Below, one piece after another: positions 38,137-48,666 of a stretch of 64,000 bases of DNA. The stretch lies in assembly GCA_000708835.1 (NCBI GenBank), contig DF237046.1, positions 143,611-207,610 on the forward strand, in the 5' to 3' direction. Origin of the DNA: Klebsormidium nitens. Taxonomy: Eukaryota > Plantae > Klebsormidiophyceae. Each line of letters starts with the position of its first letter. Positions within the stretch are counted from its first letter, which is position 1. The translations under genes were made by a program, and so were the position numbers. The notes under the pieces were generated by a model. That model worked only from the letters and a program-made list of their open reading frames with translations, had not been told where the DNA came from and ran no database searches.

Positions 38137-40450
38137 TCAACGCTCCCAGAACGCCTCTCCTGGCAAAAGGTCCACCTCGGGAGCCAGCCAGTCCTCGCCC
38201 GAGTTCATGTCCGGACTGCTCAATGCTTCACTGCCATCCGAGAAGGTGGCTATATGCTCTCCGTCAAACCGATCTGGGGACTGCCTGTGATGCAGATCGT
38301 CCTTTTCCGGTCGGGCAGGGCTCAGATCCATCTCGAAGACTCTGGCACTGTAGACACTGTCGAGGTCTTCGACCAGCGGAGAATCCTGCAATGCCGGCAG
38401 TGGTTCAACAAGCTGCAATCAAATAGCCGCGACCACTCGACTGCTAGCATTCAAGGACATGAGACAAATAGACACTGTGCCACGGCAGTTGGGTTGCCGA
38501 ACCCCGGTGCCTCTGCAGATGCGAGAACAGGCATCAGCGGTTGCCGTCCGGCCTTGATGCGTAGGGTAGAGTCTCACTCCGAGCGGCTTGGCATCCCCCA
38601 GCCGGGTGCTGATGTGCTCAAAGACGGCGTGCTCAACGCCGTGGTCCTGCGAGAGCCACAGCTTGCGGCCCGGCAGGAACACGTCGCGCACCGCCTTGAA
38701 GCGGCTGCAGTTGGGCCGGTCCGACAGCACCAGCACCTCCGCCGCCTCCCCCTCATGCAGCGGCGCCCGGGCAGCCGCCGCAGGCAGGCTCATCTGGCGC
38801 GCACGAGCAAGGACACGAGTCAGGAACGGTTCACAGTACCGCCAGTGAAGGGGCCGGGGCCGGCCACTGAAGCGGGGCAGATATGAGGGAAGCAAGGACA
38901 GTAAGAACGGGTGACGGAGGAAGTGGACCGTGCGGTGGGGGCAGCTTCATACGTTGGCCCTTAATGTATATCCATATGTCGACCAGACAGGGATGGGCAT
39001 GAGAGAGCCCAGACTTTGCATCTAGCCAATACCATCTGATTGATTTTGTAAAAAGAAAAGTGTCTGTTAGATTGTGATTTTTGCCTTATGCAGCTTCGCC
39101 CATTCCTTAGAGAGCGATGGAGCCTGAGGAAATTGGCTTTGAGGGCACCGGGGCCTTCGAACCTCATACAAGTTTCCGGCCTCACCTCGATGGTCACCCC
39201 TCCCCTATCCCCCACCAGCACCGTGTACCTGTTCTCGGAGGCAGTGGGGGTGTCACGTCCGTCATGCTTTGCTCCAGTGGCTGTGCTTTTTGGTGCAGCT
39301 GGCATTTGCTGAACCCTGAGGATGTGCGTTTTCCAAACTCCTGCAAAGACGGCTCGAACACAAATCAGCACCCCATTGCAACTGGGCCCAAAGGAAGTGA
39401 GTCAGACATACGTCCTCACTGATTTAAGTGGAGCACCAGGGTTCCCAAGACAGCGCTTTACTAGGTGTGTTCTGCAGGCAGTCGGTGGCATACCTGCGTA
39501 CTTGAAGCGCAGGCGCAGCCCCGTGTTGGCGCTCGCTGCGCCCAGGATGGGGCTCCACACCCAGAACAGGCTGGCCAGGGCGGTCAGGACGACGCTCAGG
39601 TTGTAGAACGCAAAGGTGCCCGCCAGCGAGAGGCCCAGCCGGCGCGCCCACGCGTCAACGCCGCCCAGGGTGGACACCACCTGATCCCCAGTGCCTGCAG
39701 CACGGAAGCAGGGGGGCTCAAGAAGGAGAGCAGAGAGTGGCATGGAGGCAGGGCAACCACGCTATGCGACGTGGCGCTAGGAGGTGGGAGTCTGGTAGAC
39801 AAGTATGACACTACTAAGACTTTGACAGATGTAACTGGGGGGTTTTGGGAAGCGTAGGAGGAGGGGGGCAACAAATTGGAATCTGCCACAACACTGAAGT
39901 ACGTGGGCGCAAGCTCAGATTACACCTCAGGGGGCCCACCTGAGTACGGAAGCACTTTTGACAGCGTCTTGGTCGAGAGGGGAATGATGGTCGGGAAAAC
40001 TTTTGAACGTGGGGAAGACTCTCCTGCCCCGCGCATGAATCGCTGGGCACACACGACGGTTAGTTGGCCCGCTGGTGGCTGTCGTATTCTGTGTCTGGAG
40101 GTCTGGTTTCCTGTCATAAACCAGTCCCTGGCTTCTGATTCTAGGTTACAAAGGGCTCTCCCGTTCCAAAGCATCGCCCCTTTGTTTCTGGGCCGTCGAA
40201 ACAGATGTGACCACCGATGCTGTGCTCGACCAGCCGGGTCTAGAGAGAGCGTACAGTGCAGTCTGGGATGCTGGTGGCCACTTGGGAAGCCCCAGGCTGA
40301 CAGTTTTTGCGGTGTGTGACTGTGCAATCGGCCGGTGCCGCAGCATTTGGGTGGCAGCGGGCCTTGTTTATGAAGAGGTCCAAGCGAACCTAATGATGCG
40401 TCCAGGGAGGTCTGGAAGGAACAACACCTCGCTGATTTGACCACTGCCAT
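38137..40450 (-). CDS. Plastid-targeted homologue of an uncharacterised cyanobacterial membrane protein
   Basis: Long transit-like N-terminus, then IIPLSTKTLSKVLPYS|GTGDQ..RRLGLSL..LFWVWSPILGAASAN..FKYA|GVWK..VLVGD..GEAAEVLVLSDRP..DVFLPGRKLW. This parallels cyanobacterial proteins of the pattern LIPL..TGPQY..WLWGPV..YSGFW..EVGD..AEMVVMSN. Confidence 0.7.
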
Positions 40451-40760
40451 CCTAAAGTCTTCTTTGCCTGCTTACTTCAGCACCTAGAATCATAACACAG
40501 GAAGCATTGCTGCCATTTGTCGAGCTCACTGAACTAGGAACGCATAGGACCAAGCGGATGCTGTGCTGCCAGCAATGGTCTGCGACTCTGGACGGACACC
40601 ATGGTCGCAAGGCAGCTTCAATGCTGGCAATTTGCCTGCATCAATGCTGGCCGTTGGCCTGCACCTTGATCAATGTTCTCTTCTCTGATCTGGTGATCCA
40701 ACTTTTGTAGTACCTAATAATACAAGTCGTGCCAATGCCAGCAACTGGTGTCGTGTACCG

Positions 40761-40780
40761 NNNNNNNNNNNNNNNNNNNN
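40761..40780. other. Assembly gap (20 N)
   Basis: N run; gccaatgccagcaact is present on both flanks. Confidence 0.99.
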
Positions 40781-41213
40781 GCCAATGCCAGCAACTAGTA
40801 CCTGAGCTCAATGACAATGTCGTCAATGGGCAGGCCTGCTCGAGAGCAAGCTACCCAGGAACAAAAGCAGAACTTGACACTCTTTCGAGGCGGCTCCGGC
40901 CCCCGGGACTCGGAGCGAGTTAAAAGGTACTCGATCAAACCAGAAAGAGACAAACGTCAACGTGGTGTCAAGCCGTCAGTGAGCAACTCAAGTATACCGG
41001 TGCCAGCCTGAGTGGCGTGCAGCATTGAGGGGAGAAGTGCCAGAGCTGAGGAGCTGATTCGAATTGTCAGGGGAAACTGAGCTTGCATGAGCCACCGCGG
41101 CAGCAGAGCTAGCTCCTGATGGGCATCTCTGTTATTGTGGTACACTCGTGAGCATCACGACAATGAATCGAAGCAGGAGCTCGGGCTAAGAGAGGAAGGT
41201 GGTGCTGGGCAAC

Positions 41214-42927
41214 ATGGTGCTGGTTCTGGCTCTGGGGGACCTGCACATACCCCATCGAGCGCCAGATCTGCCTCCAAAGTTCAAGCAGATGCTTGTCCCC
41301 GGAAAGATTCAGCATATTCTCAGCCCAGGAAACTTGTGCATAAAGGTAACTGACAGAATTATGATTTCGCTGTGATCCCAACACGGGGCATTCTCTCAAA
41401 CTGCACAACTCTCTTTTAACTTTCAAGAGGCAGCAAATCCTGTGGTGTAACAATGAGCAACCAATCCTCGGTGTCCAATCGCTTGCACAAATAAACATTT
41501 CCTGCTCAGTGCCTTGCTGTTAGCGTTGTGGGAGCTGCTTGACCCGGGCAGGTGGTACAACAACATCTCCTGGAGGGCACAGAGACACGACAGCTTTCAG
41601 TCCAGAAATTTTTCTGGCAGCAGAGTGTTTCTCGAAGATGCATACCTGTAATACACAATGATTCTCATCCACTTGGGCCCACATGAAAGGGCAATTTAGC
41701 AGAGGGGCAGCTCTACTTGCAATCACCTTGAAGCCAGGCTTGTCAGTAGGGGCTGATGTTGCAGCTGGCTGTGTGCAGGAGGTGCAAGACTACTTGAAAG
41801 GCCTGTGCAGCGACGTCCACATCGTGAAGGGAGAATATGACGAAGTGCAGAATTACCCAGAGCATAAGGTGCTGACCATTGGGGGGTTCAAGCTGGGGAT
41901 CTGCCATGGCCACCAGGTTAGTGTTTGCGTCTTGCACTCATCCTTTCAGGGGGTCTTCCGCCTAAGCCCCACCGAAGCTAGCGGCTTAAGCTGTGAAGCT
42001 TTCTACGACAGATGTTCCCCCTGACCAGCCCCGGATGTCTGGGGTATATCTGCATGTGGACGTGTCCTCCGTCCGCTCACCTCGTCCTCTTAGGAGCCCG
42101 CCATAAACCTGCACTTAAAAGTTTGGTGAAGCCCGAGCTGTGCCTGATGTGTTCTGTTCCCTCAGGTTGTTCCGTGGGGAGATGTGGAGTCCCTGGCCAT
42201 GCTGCAGCGACAACTTGACGTTGATATCCTCATCACAGGGCACACTCATCAATTCAAGGTCGGCAGCCACAGCTTTCTGAGTCACATGTCTTTCAGCGAA
42301 TCCATTTTAATGTACTTCATTTCTGCCACTGTCTTGTGCTCTCTTCTGAGTCTCCAAGGTTGAGCAGCATTGGGCAGCGTCAGACTTGATGTCTCTCCCG
42401 GAGGAAGTTCTGCACCTACAGTTAAAAAATGCAGAGCTGTGGACATTTTGTCGATGCACAGACAAATGCATCCTGTGTAACTACTGCAGGCCTACAAGCA
42501 TCAAGGGCGGCTGATGATCAATCCAGGATCTGCAACCGGAGCTTACAGCAGCATCACATATGATGTCAATCCAAGCTTTGTTTTGATGGACATTGATGGA
42601 CAGGTCAGGATTCCTCCCCCCATCACATGAAGCCATGTTCTGCTGTTTGCTCGACTTCTGAGTGGTTGTTGCGTTTCGTAGTCTTGCCTTATTTCAGCGT
42701 ACACATGCTGTCTATTCCACTCAGAAGCCTGGCGGAGTCTCCGGTTGCTGTGCTTTCTTGCCAAATAAGGGCAGCTGACACATCATGTATATCTTTAGGC
42801 TAGTTTCCAGGCTAACTTCGCTTTTGTGCAGAGGGTGGTGGTGTACGTCTATGAGCTGGTGAATGGAGAAGTGAAGGTCGACAAGATTGACTTCCGCAAG
42901 CCCCCACCGCAAGCCAACGAGAGCTGA
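41214..42927 (+). CDS. VPS29: Retromer subunit VPS29 (5 exons)
   Basis: [43 protein letters not shown]|[57 protein letters not shown]. Confidence 0.97.
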
Positions 42928-43978
42928 CTTGCAAGGATTGCGGACTGACACGAGAATACATACCCATCAGACTTAAATGGGCGCTTTACGGGTATCCACT
43001 GCAGAGATCAGTTGTCCAGCGTTTGGAAAACCTTTTTTCAGCTTTTCGTGGTGACTTTAGATTCAAAAACTTGGATCTAAGTCATTGGATTCATAACAGG
43101 GCCATGCCGATGCATGGTCTATGTCTCGCTTACTGGCGCCCTTACAGCCACATGCACATGGCCTGATCGTGGTGCGGGAATGAGTCTCGCGGGCCAACGG
43201 GCCGACAAAATTTTCTCAATCTGGTCGATCATTATGCATCACCAAACATGTGCAGCAGTCTGCACAGGCCGCAGCTTATCATTCAGCTGCAAGGGCAGAT
43301 ATTGTGCCCTGAACGCAACGCTCAAAAAATTTGACAACCAGGTTAGATATATCTCCTATACTGCAGTGCTACACAACCAGTCGAAAACTGTAGGCGTAAA
43401 TGCGAGGGAATGCATAAACACCGAGTCTTCATATTTTGATGAATCCACCGTATATAGGTATGTTGCGGATCTGGAAGACCAACGCACTGCAGACCCCTCT
43501 AGCTTCACATGAGTCTCTGTGCGTCGCGACCTGCACAAGCCATACGCATCCGTCCAATATTTTCATGGCCACTGAGCTGATCGGTATGCATATCACGCGC
43601 GCTGGCATAGCTTTACCCTGATGCACACTGTAGCTCGCGGAACCAACTCGACTGAAGTACATTTCATTCTGGCCGAGTGGACATGGCCAACGGCGAGCTT
43701 AATTCCGGGTTTACTTCAACTGGCTGGCAACGCGCATGAACGAGGGCTCCAACTAGCTGAAGACTAGTGCACAGTACCTGCTTTGATTCATTACTTGTTT
43801 GTTGTGAACAGCATGCTCTGTCGTATGAACGCACGAAAAGTGTTCTTATTATGCAGCGACAAAATCCACGATTCAAGAAAGTGACACAGCCTGTACAAAA
43901 GTTGACGAACGAGGTTGAAAATTTCTTTCAATGACGCGTATTACTTTACGCAATGCTCGCAGCCAGCAGTCAGCTATG

Positions 43979-46900
43979 TTACATCTGGCAGACAAAATCG
44001 CCACTGCTCTCAAAGTCTATCTCGTTCTCCAGATCCATGTCCTCGTCAAGCAGGCCGTTGTCCCCCATCAAGCCCCCCAAGCCCTGCCCTGGAGGCACAG
44101 TGCGTGCCTCCTGCAAGATCCGCATGATGTCCTCAATGCTCTGGGGGGGGTGGTTGACATCGTCAAAGCCGAGTGGCGCGTTGGTCCCTACTGCCAGGTC
44201 TGCCGGCAGGTTCTTGAGGAACCACTGGTGATTCCGGATCTCAGCGATTGTAATGCGCTGCAGCCCACGAGAACAGACCCCGTGTCAGTAAAGCATGCAC
44301 ACAGGAAGATTCAGGCGGTGAGAATGTTGCTACAGCACTCTGCAATGAACTTGCAAGGACCAATCGCAGCGTGCTCTGCCGCTGGGTCCTTCTGCTTTTT
44401 CTAGCAGGCCTTGACAAGGGATGCTGTTGGGTCTTACCTTCTTCGGGTCGGCAACGAATATCCGGGACAGAAGGTGTCTGCACTCCGGAGAGATCCTGAC
44501 ATAGTCTGGGATGGTGTACAGCACCCCCATAATCCGCTGCATGGAGACAAGTGTCAGTTGATCGAATGACAGACCGCCCTCAGGCATAGGCCCCCCCTGG
44601 ACAACCCTGACCATCCACAACGTCATACGTCATACTTTACCAGCAACCAGCATCACACGGTAGACCATCTCTCCTACAGGCCAGCCAAACGATGTTTACG
44701 TTCCTATTGCACCACCTTGCCAGTACACTAGAGAGCCTGGAGGCTGAAAGAAGGCTTCCAAGGCGACAATACCAGAAGAGTCCCCTATCGGATCCCTGGC
44801 TCCATAGCCCCATCTGCAGGCGCTGCCGGCCTGCGGTCGTTGTTGGCGCTCACCTGGATGGTCTTCTTGAAGTTGCGCGGGTCGCTGGGGTCCTCGAAGG
44901 GGTACACGCCGACCAGCATCACGTACAGAGTCACGCCGCACGACCACACATCAGCCATCTGCACCCGCCAGGAACACCCCACCGTTTCAATACAGAAGTA
45001 CCTTACTTGTGGCTTGGCTTTGCTATCAAACCTTGAACATAATACCAACCACCTCTTCCCATGCTCGTTCAAAGCTGGTGTCAGGGGATTTTGAGTTGCG
45101 ACCTCGACACCGACCTTTTTTGCAAGAAGAAATGCAGACAGGTCAGCAAGGTTGATTCTAACCATTTGCCAGACACTCGACAGGTCAGCAAGGTTGATTC
45201 TAACCATTAGCCAGACACTCAACGGCCAGGTCTCAAAGAAGGCTCGGATCCGAAATGGGAAAAACTACTGATTCAAGAACAGCTGTGTTGTCCTTAGGCA
45301 TCATTTGGCGGAAGAATAACTAGCTCCTGCTCACAACTTGGCTGAACCAGTCATTCAATCCATTCAGACTGACATCCACCACATCCTCCGGAAGCAATGT
45401 GGTGCCAGCCAGCAGAGCCCAGGTTTTGAAAGGCCTTACCTTGCCGTCATATTCCCTTTTGGAGAGGACCTCTGGTGCAATGTACGCGGGGGTCCCCACA
45501 GTCGACTTGGGTTGGGAATGCAACAGGGACGACTGCACGCATAGAACGCATCAGTGGCTGAGGAGGTGTTTTAAGAAATGCCCATACAGCGAGGCGTTTG
45601 TGTGAGAGCACAGAGCTTGCCTGAGACCAACGGAAGATGAGGCATAAGGTATGATGCACGCTTTCATGGCGCACGCAAGGGCTACCAAGCCTCACCATTC
45701 AGAATTATAGCTGTTGTGTCTGATCGAATCCACAACAACCAGTGTTTCAGAAGTGCTCTACTCAATAAGCAGCATTCTGTCAACCACCCCCGACACAGCA
45801 AGCTAGAAAATTGCAAGTGACGAATCCAAAAAGGAAAGTCACTCTTGGAGCTATTTCGTAGTCTAACAAGGCATCTGTAGCTGGGGTAGTGAGCACACCT
45901 TAGAGTAGCCAAAGTCACAGATTTTCAACCTTGGAGCAGGGCTGCCGTCCAGGAGGGTGTTCTCAAGTTTCAAGTCCCTGTGGCAAATTTGCTGCAAAGC
46001 GAGGCACCAAAGTTAGAACAGCATATTCCAGACGCAATTTTAAGGTGTGCTGGCAGCAATTGATGTCCATGAGATGAATCAAGTGTGACCTGCAACAAGT
46101 CTTGGACAAAGTGGGAAAGAACTGGAAGCCTCACCATGGCATGGCAGTAGCTGACGCCTGACACTAATTGTTGAAAGAAGTAACGCGCCTGCACAAAACA
46201 AAGGACAGCATCTGATCATCTTGACACTGCTTTGATGTAACACTGGTGTCCACAGAGCGAGCACCTCCAACACCAATGCATAGGACTCGGGGTCAGCCAA
46301 CCACTTATTGAATGCGGAACAACGGCGGCAAGAATGACAGAAGTAGTGAACCAGCGCACCTCATCCTCACTGAACCTGCCGGCATTGCAAATCCGTTCGA
46401 ACAACTCCCCCCCGGCTGCGTACTCCATAACAATGGCCAAATGAGTAGGGGTAAGGAAAACCTGAGGGACACAAAAGGACTTTCATGTTAGGTTGGGGCA
46501 GAGTGCTCGAGCCAATGACACCTTTCAATCTCCAACGAACCGGCCATCCATTCGCTTAATGCCCTGAGATCTATACATGTATCCTCAAACACATGTCAGC
46601 CCAGTTGCTCTACAACTGCTGCCCAGCTTCACAATCCGGTTTATCATGTTGCACCCCAGTGACATGTACATGGCCATGATCTTGTCTATTGGCCACTTCA
46701 GTAGAGGAAGCCAAGGACATGCATGCAGACCATGGCACCTCCAAGTATGCAATACATGATAGCAGTTGAACCAAGTAAGCAATGCGCTTGCAACGTCCTG
46801 CCAGTAGAGACCTTCCAAGTGCAACTTACCTCTTTGAAGCGCACAATATTTGGGTGCCTAAGCGATCGATGGTTGATAATCTCCCTCTGAACATTCTCAT

Positions 46901-47201
46901 CGATCTGCACATCCACCAAGGAGAGAAATGGCACAATCAGTCTCCACTCTGGACAGGCAAACCTGCACCCAATCTTTCCTGACCATTCATGCATATTGGC
47001 ACCAGATTATGCATCTGAAACTCCATTGCTCTCACAATGTAACTCAGACGGAGCCCTTCTGTAACGACTTACCTTCTCTCCCCTCTCAATCAGTTTGACG
47101 GCCACCATCTCCTTTGTCCGTTTGTCACGATAAAGCTTTGCCACGCCAAAGTTGCCGGACCCAATGTCTTTGATTGGCTCATATCTATCTGATGAAGCCA
47201 T
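43979..47201 (-). CDS. SnRK2: SnRK2 kinase with acidic C-terminal tail (9 exons)
   Basis: [92 protein letters not shown], SnRK2 box [14 protein letters not shown], tail [22 protein letters not shown]. Confidence 0.97.
45137..45220. repeat. 42-bp tandem duplication in a SnRK2 intron
   Basis: gacaggtcagcaaggttgattctaaccatt(t/a)gccagacactc x2, one mismatch. Confidence 0.9.
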
Positions 47202-47570
47202 CGTCCAAGCTTTGGCAAAAGAAGCTTCAACCCACAAAAGCTGCTGGCACTCTGATTCCAAACTGTCACCAAGTTCAGCGAAGTCTGCTTAGTCGAACAA
47301 CAACCGTTCAGGGTCCTTCCAGAAGAACGTTCCACCGTAAGCGCTAGCTTCTGCTCTCCACCCAGGGCGTTTTTTCGCTCCTGCTCCCTTTGCTAAAGTA
47401 GGCAGTACACAAGAGCAGCCCCAACTCCAACTCCAAGAAGGCCAAAAGAATGAAGATACAGGAGCCGCCCTCTACCCTAGCCTCTACAGGTGGCTGGATT
47501 CCCTATACCAGCCTGGTCTTGACTTTTGACTCGAGAGACCTCCAGGAGGCTGGGGGAGGGACCTGGGTAG

Positions 47571-47943
47571 GTACCGGCTAGTCGAACCAGGTACCTGATG
47601 TATTATATATACCTAAACAGGTGTGGACCGCCCTGCGTCGGAAACCGGGGTACCGTACCGGTAGGTACCAGATCCCAGATTCCAGCTAGAGCTGGAGTGT
47701 GACTCAGGCCCTGGGCCTCATGCCCCAGGGGCCCGAGGAGTCACATGGGTTCCGCCGACTTTGATTAGAACGGTGGGGTGCAGGACTGTTCTCGAGACGT
47801 CTACAGACGGTCAAATAGCTTGTCTTGAAGGTGCTTGCCAAGTGTCATCAATCGGCCTCCTCCATCCTGTAGATTCCACTTGTAGGTACCGAACGTACCG
47901 GTACCTACGTACCGGTACCTGAAAAACTCGCATGGGTAGGTAC
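47571..47943. promoter_or_regulatory. Dense GTAC-core cluster in the SnRK2/formin divergent promoter region
   Basis: 11 GTAC in about 370 bp (47571, 47591, 47650, 47655, 47665, 47886, 47895, 47901, 47909, 47915, 47940). GTAC is the known SBP/SPL-domain binding core. Function is inferred. Confidence 0.5.
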
Positions 47944-47948
47944 ACGAG

Positions 47949-47995
47949 CAAACCCTAAAAGCTGGCCGGGCTGGAGTCGCTAGTTTTAGGGTTTG
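47949..47995. promoter_or_regulatory. Perfect 12-bp inverted pair of telomere-like boxes (CAAACCCTAAAA-23 nt-TTTTAGGGTTTG)
   Basis: Read directly from the sequence; lies between the divergent SnRK2 and formin genes. Confidence 0.55.
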
Positions 47996-48666
47996 TCAAC
48001 AGCACCTTTATTCATTTCATTGTGAGCGCTCAATGCCAATGCCAATGGCTCTGCGAAGTGCAGCAGCTTTTCTGACGATATTGAGGATCTTGTAGCCTGT
48101 AGGCCTTCAGGCAGGAAGGCAGGAAAGCAGGCTTCGTGGGTGATTGGGAATTGGACTACTTTACCAGAGGGGGGCTACCGGAAAAAGGCTCAGCTTTGGT
48201 CGCCAGCTTGGGATGGTGTAATTGATTTGAAGAGGTGAGACCAGGAACGTTGGAATTGACTTCTCTATGAGTTGCGGAGGTCTTTCGTACAATCCCACAC
48301 AGCTGCGACCTCGTGGTAGGTAATCTCGATTCAGGCGTAAGCTGATTGCGTGGCACATGACCTAACTTTCTCCTTGGTCCGTCGAGGGGGCTTTGAGTGG
48401 TGCTGGACATTGATTAGACCAAAAGTTGTCTACAACCAAACGAATTTTGGAACAAGTGGTAAGTATGTCTGTGTGTGTAGTGACCGTGTGATTTGCGGGT
48501 CAATGATTATTACTGACATGAAGGAGAGAAGAACACTGATTCCTTTCCACCCCATCTATCTGTGTGGTGATTTTCAAGAGGACGTACTACTTTCTCCCTG
48601 TTAAGATACTCCGTCGGTTAGCAAAGTGGCAGCATTGTGCACATTCGCGAAGGTGGTAGAGGTAGT

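Noticed and set aside
40731-40800. Duplicated gccaatgccagcaact on both sides of the 20-N gap
   Set aside because: Typical unmerged contig overlap at a scaffold gap; probably not a real repeat.
2792-42927. Apparent clustering of proteostasis genes (rhomboid, CUE, MSP1, PUX, APC2, VPS29, FKBP)
   Set aside because: They act in different compartments and pathways, and the category is broad; consistent with chance among housekeeping genes.
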